From an archaeon (GTDB lineage: Archaea > Halobacteriota > Bog-38 > Methanoflorentales > Methanoflorentaceae), in NCBI GenBank assembly GCA_036385775.1, contig DASVJT010000144.1:1-25523 (forward strand): DNA of 25,523 nt, given 5' to 3'. Positions 9,529 through 16,981 of this stretch are shown here, piece after piece. The first letter of the stretch is position 1. Each line of letters begins with the position of its first letter. The position numbers were made by a program, and so were the translations under genes. The notes under the pieces are model-generated. The model did not search any database. It worked only from the letters and a program-made list of their open reading frames with translations, and was not told the origin of the DNA.

Positions 9529-9838
9529 TACTTGGGCACGGAATACATAGCTTCTTCGACCTTCATTGCCGGTTTGAATTCAATGGTTTCCAATTCATCA
9601 TGTTCATGTTTTCCGGTTCCATTGAAAGCGCTAGCATCGCTTCTAAATTTGGGGCTTCGGGCACCTAAACGATAAAATGCTCCGAATGTACTACCCAGGC
9701 GCCAACCTCTTTCACTCCGTGTTTCGCTAAGAGTTCCGCTTTCTTGTTTATATATTCAATGTTTACCTCGTTTGCTTCCTCGTTGTGGGCAGGACAATCT
9801 GCAGGGGCGTGTTTTGTAATCACTGAACCTATCACCAT
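9528..9838 (-). pseudogene. Small archaeal-type hypothetical protein (KH.P..CPAHNE...) with nonsense and frameshift lesions
   Basis: AGGAGG RBS; MVIGSVITKHAPADCPAHNEE...GAWVVHSEHFIV*VPEAPN (TAG 9665-9667), then a 1-nt shift to TIEFKPAMKVEEAMYSVPK*. Confidence 0.7.
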
Positions 9839-9949
9839 TTAAGTCCCCTCCTTTTATGGTGGTGGTAGTGACCACCATTTTTCTAAAACACGTAATAAGG
9901 CCCCCTAAGGAAATATATGTTGTTGTTACGTCCGCTTGTTACAGCGTTG

Positions 9950-10013
9950 CCAAAATAAGAGGCTCTCGAAGGGTAAACTCGGCATGAAAAACTTAGGGGG
10001 TAAAACGTTTTTA
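9950..10013. repeat. Dispersed repeat, copy 1
   Basis: CCAAAATAAGAGGCTCTCGAAGGGTAAACTCGGCATGAAAAACTTAGGGGGTAAAACGTTTTTAG. Confidence 0.88.
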
Positions 10014-10056
10014 GTGATTAAGAAAAATAGGAGTATGGACATTTAAAAAACTAGTT

Positions 10057-10269
10057 TTAATCCCTGCTTATAGCTACGAAGCGGGATCCCAGCTTTATCG
10101 GTAGAACCTCGATCCCATCATCGAGCACCCGAATCCCATCACCTTCGCTAGGCTGCCCGTGCTGAGAGTTTTCAACCATCTGTTTTTCAAGGATAAAGTC
10201 CCACTTATAAGATTCGTTCGGCAGGATGAACCATTTGAGGGGTCTCTCTTGTCTCTCTTTCGCTTGCAT
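10057..10269 (-). CDS. Hypothetical protein (70 aa)
   Basis: GGAGGTGA RBS and TATA-like TATATAATTTATAT (~10326-10339) upstream on the minus strand. Confidence 0.55.
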   Translation of the reverse strand: MQAKERQERPLKWFILPNESYKWDFILEKQMVENSQHGQPSEGDGIRVLDDGIEVLPIKLGSRFVAISRD

Positions 10270-10394
10270 CTTTTTCTCTCACCTCCAAGTATCTTAACGG
10301 AAGCAAATCTGCATCAATGCTTGCCATATAAATTATATAGGGACCTGGAGTCTCCTTTCGAAATGATAAAACACTTAGGTTTAGGGGAATTTTA

Positions 10395-10473
10395 CCAAAA
10401 CTAGAGGCTATCGAAGAGTAAACTCGGCATGAAAAAACATAGGGGATAAAGCGTTTTTAACTACCTCAAAAAG
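10395..10473. repeat. Dispersed repeat, copy 2
   Basis: CCAAAACTAGAGGCTATCGAAGAGTAAACTCGGCATGAAAAAACATAGGGGATAAAGCGTTTTTAACTACCTCAAAAAG. Confidence 0.88.
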
Positions 10474-10572
10474 ATGCTTACTTTCACGATACGCATCGGT
10501 TAGGTAATTAGCGCTTCGTTTGCTTTTATTAACTATGACCTATGGCGTAAGCTGTGAACGCTATGCCAATAT

Positions 10573-10618
10573 GTGATACAGAATGTGCGTCACATTGCGC
10601 ACACAAACTCTGTATCAC
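10573..10618. other. Inverted repeat / RNA hairpin
   Basis: Perfect 10-bp GTGATACAGA/TCTGTATCAC outer stem plus a TGTGCG/CGCACA inner stem. Confidence 0.65.
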
Positions 10619-10705
10619 GCCGGGGTACACAGTGACATGTCGTCGGTCCTATTGGGGGTGAGGAAGTCCTTACTGCCAAAACACCAAAAAGGGGAGTCAA
10701 ACAAA

Positions 10706-10852
10706 ATGAACGAACTATTAACTGAAACCGTGCAGGGTACCGTCTGTAAATTCGATCTCCATTCTGAATGCGCCAGTGGAGAGGCTGACGCCGCTGTATG
10801 TGCACGATGCGTCGCGGAATCTGCAGCTGAGATCGTTAGAATACAAGTATAG
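10706..10852 (+). CDS. 48-aa Cys/His micro-protein (C-x4-H-x2-C-x9-C-x2-C)
   Basis: GGGGAG RBS; MNELLTETVQGTVCKFDLHSECASGEADAAVCARCVAESAAEIVRIQV; tandem paralog follows. Confidence 0.8.
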   Translation: MNELLTETVQGTVCKFDLHSECASGEADAAVCARCVAESAAEIVRIQV

Positions 10853-10883
10853 AGGAGCTAGGAAGGAGGGCAAAAAGATCGCC

Positions 10884-11024
10884 ATGCAACTAAACGAAAT
10901 TGTGCTGAACAACTACTGCCGCTACGATCTCCATTCCGGCTGTGTAAGGGGAGAAGAGGACACCCTCACATGCACCAAGTGCGTCGCTGAGTCGGCTGCC
11001 GAGATCGTCAGAACACAGTTATAG
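10884..11024 (+). CDS. 46-aa Cys/His micro-protein, paralog of 10706-10852
   Basis: AGGAGG RBS; MQLNEIVLNNYCRYDLHSGCVRGEEDTLTCTKCVAESAAEIVRTQL; identical ligand spacing. Confidence 0.8.
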   Translation: MQLNEIVLNNYCRYDLHSGCVRGEEDTLTCTKCVAESAAEIVRTQL

Positions 11025-11150
11025 ATTGTGGGTAGGGGCCGCAAGGCTCCTGCTTTGTTCTTTTTTTCTAAGGATGTCATAACTTTAAGACCACTCCGCA
11101 CCGCTATTCGTCAATCATTATTCAGAGGGCACCCTTTATTTCAATCCAAC

Positions 11151-11396
11151 ATGAACGAGGATTGCGTAAAGGTCGATAAGCTCCTAAGACAGCTTGCAGA
11201 TTACAAAAACGAATACGCGGACATGGCCGCCGAAAAACTTTCACGGAAGTGCTCTAGCAGTTGGGGCGCTTACCGCTACCTGCTAGACCGCATTCACGAT
11301 GTATGGCTCCCTGATAGCGCCAGACAGCCGGTGCGACATCATCAAAAAGATACAGGTACAGTTGAACCAACAGCGAGAGTACGGCTGGGAGTATGA
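11151..11396 (+). CDS. Hypothetical protein (81 aa)
   Basis: ATG 11151 within the ORF 11028-11396; co-oriented with the neighbouring small genes. Confidence 0.45.
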   Translation: MNEDCVKVDKLLRQLADYKNEYADMAAEKLSRKCSSSWGAYRYLLDRIHDVWLPDSARQPVRHHQKDTGTVEPTARVRLGV

Positions 11397-11503
11397 GGTA
11401 TCGTGAAATGGGTGCCAGGGCGTGACTGATACCGTCAACAGAAAAAACCGATCATGCTAAAAGTCGACCATGATCATGTAAAAAGTACGACGGGGAGGCA
11501 AAA

Positions 11504-11764
11504 ATGATTGAGAAGGGATTAATCATAACTAGCAGCGATGCGGAGCTATTGAGCAATGCACTTTCAGAAGTGAAAACAAAAGCCTATGAAGAATCCGAGG
11601 CTCAATTAGATGATGCTCAAGCGCTTGATGCACTCGTGTCGTGCTTCAGGAGCGCCGAGAGTGATGGACACGAAAAAGTAAGCCATCATTCGTATTTTAG
11701 CCCCTTACGCAAGCGCCTGATGCTAGGCACGATTGTCGATATGAAAGGCGAGGAGGCCAAATGA
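11504..11764 (+). CDS. Hypothetical protein (86 aa)
   Basis: GGGGAGG RBS; stop overlaps the next ATG (ATGA). Confidence 0.6.
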   Translation: MIEKGLIITSSDAELLSNALSEVKTKAYEESEAQLDDAQALDALVSCFRSAESDGHEKVSHHSYFSPLRKRLMLGTIVDMKGEEAK

Positions 11765-11862
11765 ATTCACTTCAGACAAAGGTCATAGCTGTTATAATAG
11801 TCCTCATGCTAGTATTCGGACTTCTGGCTTTCTACCTTTCAATTCGAGGGGGGCTAATTTGA
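11761..11862 (+). CDS. 33-aa single-pass membrane micro-protein
   Basis: GAGGAGG RBS and ATGA coupling; MNSLQTKVIAVIIVLMLVFGLLAFYLSIRGGLI. Confidence 0.7.
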   Translation: MNSLQTKVIAVIIVLMLVFGLLAFYLSIRGGLI

Positions 11863-11963
11863 TAGAAATGCTGCATCAGGAACGATACTGACTTCGGGCC
11901 CAAACTGTTTGAAGAAAAAAGAATAGGAATAGTTAAGACACCAATCACCACTTGCATAAGCGT

Positions 11964-12470
11964 ATGCAATTGAAACCGATAATTGCGATAATTGTTCTTT
12001 CGCTTGTAGCTGCCTCTTTGCTAGTATCGGGGTGTACTACAACGAATAACACAGCGACAAACCAACCTACAACTAGCGATATGTCAGTCACCGTGAAATC
12101 GGTTGCTTTATCACAGCAAGACCAATTAGGTGTGAATAAACAAGGCTACAAATTTGTTGCCTATAATTGCACCGTGAATAATACTGGCACAAAAAGCAGG
12201 CCGGTCGGTTACAATTCATGGGAGTTGCGAGATATGCAAGGGGGCGTTTATGCGCCTCTGTTGGCCACTAACGTATCTGGGACAGAATGGTCTAGAATAA
12301 CAAACGGGAATTGGTGGATTCCCACTATATCAAAGCCTGGATATGTATTACACGGTGTTGTCGTTTTTGAAGTGCCTCAAAACGCTACGCTTACCTCTTT
12401 AACTTACAACGACGGGGTTACGAAAACAGTCACGACGCTAATATTTCAGCCGTATAGCGTGTTCCTTTAA
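11964..12470 (+). CDS. DUF4352-like lipoprotein
   Basis: Signal peptide with LLVSGC lipobox; YKFVAYNCTVNNTG...WELRD..G..Y and GVVVFEVPQNA..LTYNDG match the DUF4352 Ig-like pattern. Confidence 0.8.
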   Translation: MQLKPIIAIIVLSLVAASLLVSGCTTTNNTATNQPTTSDMSVTVKSVALSQQDQLGVNKQGYKFVAYNCTVNNTGTKSRPVGYNSWELRDMQGGVYAPLLATNVSGTEWSRITNGNWWIPTISKPGYVLHGVVVFEVPQNATLTSLTYNDGVTKTVTTLIFQPYSVFL

Positions 12471-12622
12471 ACCTCTCCACATCTCCTTCCCCTTTATTTC
12501 TTTTTCGATTTAATGCACGTGCGATATTAAACAACTAAATCCTTCTAGTAATGAGAAGAGAGCGATGTAAAAGAGTGGACATGAGGTGATTGTCCGCCCT
12601 TTCATGCGGCAATACCACTTAG

Positions 12623-13306
12623 CTACATCATCCCAGAACCAAAGCCATTGCCCATGTGCTCCTGCATCTCCTGCTGCATATCAGAGCGCATGTCCGCGTT
12701 CATTCCTTGCCCCATGTACGGACCCATGCCATAGCCATTTCCGGCATACCCGTGCATATCATCCCACATGTGCTGCCACATGTTTTGCTGATACGGCGCT
12801 TGTCCTGTGGCACCGCCGGTAATAACCATACAGTAGTAAGGCATAAGCGATGAGGTGCCATGTTCCACGGCCGCCCCTCTCTGGGTATTCGCGTTAAAAC
12901 CTGACCACGCCGTCGCATTCTGCTGCACCGAAGCGTACCCCTGCCCCATGAACATGTTTTGAATGGCGAGGAAGTGTGCCTGCGCCGTTGATGCGTTATT
13001 GCACGCTTGGACGCTCACGACGTAGGTGCCGTTACTATCCCTCACGGTGCCGTTGTAAACCGCAATCCCTACTTGCGGACTTGGTTGCAGTGAAAACGGT
13101 GTCGCCATGGTAAAGTTCAGCTGTTGCATCGTGGTTCCGAGGTACTGGATGACGGATTGGTTGCCGGCAGCCGTTGTTGTGGTTGTTGCTGTGCTGGCGC
13201 TGAGAGTAGGCGTTGGCGAAGACGTTGAAGAACTCGTGCACCCTGCAGCGAGAACGGCTACGAGCATCACTACCGCTAATGTCCCTGCTAAAAACGATTT
13301 TTTCAT
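12623..13306 (-). CDS. Lipoprotein with S/T linker and Met/His/Gly-rich C-terminal tail
   Basis: MKKSFLAG...VLAAGC lipobox, TSSSTSS linker; tail NMWQHMWDDMHGYAGNGYGMGPYMGQGMNADMRSDMQQEMQEHMGNGFGSGMM. Confidence 0.88.
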   Translation of the reverse strand: MKKSFLAGTLAVVMLVAVLAAGCTSSSTSSPTPTLSASTATTTTTAAGNQSVIQYLGTTMQQLNFTMATPFSLQPSPQVGIAVYNGTVRDSNGTYVVSVQACNNASTAQAHFLAIQNMFMGQGYASVQQNATAWSGFNANTQRGAAVEHGTSSLMPYYCMVITGGATGQAPYQQNMWQHMWDDMHGYAGNGYGMGPYMGQGMNADMRSDMQQEMQEHMGNGFGSGMM

Positions 13307-13779
13307 GTTGAAACCTCTAAACTATTCAAACTAAGTCAGTCCCGCACAGCTTGAGCTATAAATCTTTGGCGTGTTATGCGCAGCGCTGACTTGAAGCTTA
13401 GTTTAAACCAAATCCTTAAGCGCATCCAATAGTGCTTTTCGTTCAACTGAGTCAGTCGGATATATATAAAAATCGACGCCTCGGCCCCTACCACGTCGTT
13501 GTCGTTCTACCTCAACATGACCATAAAGCTCCAATTCAGCGATGAGCGCTGAAAAAGTTTTATGCGAAACCTACTCACGACCACTGAGCGCATGATGTTG
13601 TTGAATTCCCGATAAACTTCGGTTGATGATTGCTTTCCTTCCTTACTGTAAACAATTTCCAGCGATATCTTACTTACAAGAATGGCAACTCATAATGTTC
13701 TTTGCGATCTGAGAAAGTCCACCGAACAATACAGCGATATTATTCAGTGGGATCGGTCAAATTGAGCATACATACTTAC

Positions 13780-13890
13780 GCACGGGGTGAGCGGAATCGA
13801 TTGAAAGCACTAAAGCATCCGTTGCCTGAGCACGTATATGATGTTTATATGAAAAACTGGGGAGCGTATCTATTACGGCTTGATCCCTAA
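13780..13890 (+). pseudogene. Gene 3' fragment ARGERNRLKALKHPLPEHVYDVYMKNWGAYLLRLDP, homologous to 6974-7055
   Basis: Nucleotide and amino-acid similarity to the 6974-7055 copy; no convincing start. Confidence 0.55.
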
Positions 13891-13955
13891 TTGTCCGATT
13901 CTGTATCCCAAGGTTCCAGTGCTTGTTCTGCTAACTGGTAACTAGGAATCTTATG

Positions 13956-14432
13956 CTAGTCCAGTTTCAAAAACTCTTTTATCCGCTCTTCTGCTGGAAT
14001 TGCCTCTGACCACGCGTTCTCAAATGATGTGCGGAGATACTCAGCATAGACAGGACTCTCGCTCCAGAAGGCAGTGGTAGGCGTATCAAGCGTGTATTCT
14101 TGGAAGCCGATGTTTATCGAGCTTATGCTCTGCTGCTTATCGCCTATGAGCATGAAGGTGTCGTGGAACTGGTCACTATGGCGCAGGTCTTCGCCGATAT
14201 CCAGTCGCATCCGCGCACCTTCAACGTTGGCGCGCGATATAGAAGTAATACCTCTGACTACCCCGCCGTTTTCAATGAACCGCTTGGCGGTTTGCATGGT
14301 ATCATGCGCGCCGGCGACAGATAAAAATGAAGGAGAAGAGAGATAGACAACCTCGTGCTTGGCTGCTTCAAATATCCCTAAAACAACCGCTATGGTGTCT
14401 TTAACATCGTTGACAATTATGCCGATAGGCAT
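13956..14432 (-). CDS. Stand-alone TrmB-type C-terminal (effector/PLD-like) domain protein
   Basis: AKHEVVYLS...GGVVRGIT...EDLRH...FMLIGDKQQSISSIN...AFWSESPVYAEYL..SFENAWSEAIPAEERI; parallels the C-terminus of the adjacent TrmB; no HTH. Confidence 0.8.
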   Translation of the reverse strand: MPIGIIVNDVKDTIAVVLGIFEAAKHEVVYLSSPSFLSVAGAHDTMQTAKRFIENGGVVRGITSISRANVEGARMRLDIGEDLRHSDQFHDTFMLIGDKQQSISSINIGFQEYTLDTPTTAFWSESPVYAEYLRTSFENAWSEAIPAEERIKEFLKLD

Positions 14433-14539
14433 AACGAGAGAGTCTGAATCAAACGTATAAATATTTACGTAACAACACGGGGTTACTCGGCCTTTTGAAA
14501 AAAGGGGGAAATTATGCAGTCACCGACCTGTAGCAATAA

Positions 14540-15381
14540 TTAGCCGTCAGTCTGCGGTGGACCTTTCTCAAGCAGCTCTAGTATTCGCTCTTCTGCAGAA
14601 ACTGACTGTCCCCACATTATTTCGAAGGTCAACATAAGGTATTGAGCAGAGATGAGCTTATCGGTCCACAACGCTGCCATTTCTTGATCAAGCGAGACGC
14701 GCGTCATGTTCACATTAATCGCGCTCATACAAGCGGTTCGGTCGAATATTGTAAACTTTATCCCACGCTTATCTAAGTAACGCACCTCTTCTCCGTTAGC
14801 TATCATTTCTTGCGCTATCTCGATGATGGGGTAAGAGAGATTATATAGAAGGCGCGAACCCTGCCTCCGCGTGCCATAAAATCATAGGCGGCTTGGTTGA
14901 TGCCAAACTGTGAGGCAATGAGGACCGCGGACTCGGGAACAACCATCACCCACTCTTCCTTCATCGAGGTTACAACAGGTAATAGTGTAGCGACGAGTTC
15001 CTTTACATTCTTGATGATCTTGAACGTCGTCAACTTATCTGTCGGGTGAAATCGCTGTTGCCGTGCCAATTCCGGCAGCTCCTGCTTTCGCACCTCCATC
15101 TCGCGAAGTTCGCTCTCTTGTATTTTAAACGCGGCTTCGAGAGCGACCTCAAGGTCCACAGCGGCGAATGCTGTAAGTGAATTGTGCGATGGACGTACCA
15201 TGCCTTTTTCAATGAGGCTCGTGAGCGTCCGGTGCATGTCGTCAAGATAGGTGTGAATCGATTTGGCGAGCGGTAACGGTGTCTTGGGGCCGTACTTAAG
15301 CAAGTGAAGATATGTCTGTGCCTCCTTTTCACTGAGCCCAAACCCAATTAAACGGTGTGTGAACTCGTCATCCATGGTCAT
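14540..15381 (-). pseudogene. TrmB-family transcriptional regulator split by a 1-nt frameshift near 14855
   Basis: N-terminal wHTH (LIGFGLSEKEAQTYLHLLKYGP...LTSLIEKGMV); the other frame continues NLSYPIIEIAQEMIANGEEVRY...YLMLTFEIMWGQSVSAEERI. GAGGTGA RBS. Confidence 0.88.
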
Positions 15382-15387
15382 TAGTTA

Positions 15388-15575
15388 TCACCTCGTAAGT
15401 GAGCTGAATGATTGATATGCGTTACTTGAAGAGGGGTGAAGCACGCCGTTCACAGCGTTGGCGAGGCGCTCTGCACACGTAGTACAGTCTGGATCGTTTG
15501 TGTACAAGCAGCCGAAGTGGAGGCCATACCAGCAGCCCCTTTTTTGTGGTCGTTACGTTCGTCTATAACGTTCAT
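15388..15575 (-). pseudogene. Third Cys/His micro-protein (C-x4-H-x2-C-x7-C-x2-C), frameshifted in an A6 run
   Basis: ATG 15575 (MNVIDERNDHKK); a -1 shift at the A6 run (T 15540-15545 on +) gives RGCWYGLHFGCLYTNDPDCTTCAERLANAV... with the stop inside the TrmB RBS. Confidence 0.65.
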
Positions 15576-15638
15576 CTCCGATCCACACTACACAGAGTGG
15601 TTTCATAAGGCCGCATGAGTCAGCTTTTACGCTAAAAA

Positions 15639-15713
15639 CCAAAATAAGAGGCTCTCGATGGGTAAAGTCGGCATCAAAAACTGAGGGTAAAGCGTTTGAG
15701 CTACCTAAAAAAA
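15639..15713. repeat. Dispersed repeat, copy 3
   Basis: CCAAAATAAGAGGCTCTCGATGGGTAAAGTCGGCATCAAAAACTGAGGGTAAAGCGTTTGAGCTACCTAAAAAAAG. Confidence 0.88.
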
Positions 15714-15735
15714 GGAAGGAAGCGCTCCCGCTTCC
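15707..15735 (-). terminator. Hairpin + T7 tract
   Basis: GGAAGCG-CTCC-CGCTTCC (15718-15735) followed on the minus strand by TTCCTTTTTTT. Confidence 0.45.
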
Positions 15736-15962
15736 GTGAGGGCAGCGTCCGCATTTTCTATTTCTTACGCGCTGTTGCGACAAGAAAAAACCACCAGCCA
15801 CATCGAAGAGCACAGTGGTTGCCGTGTCAGCTTTTAGCTTGATTTTTTGCGCGCTCAGTTGCATTATTGTTATAAGAACTATTGTTATAAAAATCGCCGA
15901 ATAAAAGTGTGACACGCGTTCTCTGTCACGATAGCTTAAGAGCTGTGTGCCGCAACATAAAA

Positions 15963-16133
15963 ATGATGACTGGTAATCGTGTTGTCAATGATTTGGATGA
16001 GTTCTTAATCGTCTTCTCCAGCACCATAGACGACGCGCAGACTGCGATTGTTTGGATTGCCCCGCCATCTGGTCGGAGACATGAAGACGAACCGTTCTTA
16101 AATCGAACACGAGGTGACGAAAATATCCACTGA
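15963..16133 (+). CDS. Hypothetical micro-protein
   Basis: MMTGNRVVNDLDEFLIVFSSTIDD...; overlaps the next gene's RBS (GAGGTGA); weak support. Confidence 0.35.
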   Translation: MMTGNRVVNDLDEFLIVFSSTIDDAQTAIVWIAPPSGRRHEDEPFLNRTRGDENIH

Positions 16134-16359
16134 CACAAGCGCAAGGGAAATGACGACGCCATCCGCGTGGCTCGCGGCGCTGTACGCTGAATATGACGGC
16201 TTGCTCGACACGCTGGAATCATTGCAGGTGCAGCTGAAATCGCAAGGACGCCTTAACCAGATGAAACGCCGCGAGTTACGAAGAAAGGTGCACTCCGTCT
16301 GTGAAAAACTGGCCGATGTGCACGAACAGATGGCCGATTTCGATTTTGTCATAATGTGA
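16114..16359 (+). CDS. Hypothetical coiled-coil protein (start GTG 16114 or ATG 16150)
   Basis: Heptad pattern LYAEYDGLLDTLESLQ...VCEKLADVHEQM. Confidence 0.55.
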   Translation: MTKISTDTSAREMTTPSAWLAALYAEYDGLLDTLESLQVQLKSQGRLNQMKRRELRRKVHSVCEKLADVHEQMADFDFVIM

Positions 16360-16429
16360 CGCGGCACGCTTTCAACTATCTTGCTTGCCGTGCTGTTCAA
16401 GCGCTTGGGAACTCAAGGTGAGTACTCTC

Positions 16430-16498
16430 GTAGGTGCGACGGTGCATCCACACACCTTTCGACATTCGTTTGCGATACACAGCGTGCCGTACGGGTGG
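16430..16498 (+). mobile_element. Tyrosine recombinase/integrase remnant (H-x-x-R box)
   Basis: VGATVHPHTFRHSFAIHSV..GW; the downstream LGH and catalytic Tyr region is missing. Confidence 0.8.
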
Positions 16499-16510
16499 GC
16501 ACCCACTGCA

Positions 16511-16527
16511 CCGCCGTGTGAAGACGG
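16511..16527 (-). mobile_element. tRNA-Val(CAC) anticodon-arm remnant, putative att site
   Basis: Minus strand CCGTC-TT CAC AC-GGCGG forms a 5-bp stem with a 7-nt loop, and matches the arm at 25003-25017. No D- or T-arm. Confidence 0.65.
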
Positions 16528-16720
16528 AGGATTCGGGGCTTTCGAAGGCATTTTCTGCACACGATATGATCACGAGAAAAGCCAACGCTCTCTCTTGAAC
16601 GGTTTGATAGATTCGAGTGGACAAACCTACAAGTCGCGAGAAAGTGTTTGGTAGCCGTATTATTGGGTAGTCATAGCCAGTTTTCGCGTGGTGCAGAGAG
16701 ATTTTGCAGCGGTGAATCTC
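16511..16720 (-). pseudogene. att-adjacent small protein (PIIRLP family), start lost; paralog of 25011-25259
   Basis: EIHRCKISLHHAKTGYDYPIIRLPNTFSRLVGLSTRIYQTVQERALAFLVIISCAENAFESPESSVFTRR; AGGAG RBS upstream, but an in-frame TAG sits where the start should be. Confidence 0.8.
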
Positions 16721-16981
16721 CTATAACTCCTATTTGGGCAATACAGCATCAGTGAAAAGTTCTGAGTAATGTTGTTCGGCTAGCATAATAGTGAGTGGGA
16801 TCAGTGCAAGCCATTTAATCGTTGTGATTAGCCGCGTGTGACTAGCAAAAGTCAATTTGAACCTCGAAACATACCATACGAAAACCGGGGCATCGTTGTA
16901 GCCATCCTGTCGGTCACGTGTGTCTTACGAAAACACTTGCGCTGTAGGCTACTATTCCAATCCCCCAGAATACAAGCACAA

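Noticed and set aside
15540-15545. Programmed -1 frameshift in the third Cys micro-gene
   Set aside because: The zero-frame context is C-AAA-AAA-G, not a canonical X-XXY-YYZ heptamer, and no clear stimulator follows. Mutation or sequencing error is simpler.
9950-15713. Dispersed repeat as a CRISPR array
   Set aside because: Units are ~65-80 bp, separated by ~380 bp and ~5 kb, with no regular spacers and no cas genes.
15865-15890. TATTGTTATAA direct repeat (11 bp, 15-bp period) as an operator
   Set aside because: Low-complexity AT-rich sequence, with only two copies and no second site elsewhere.
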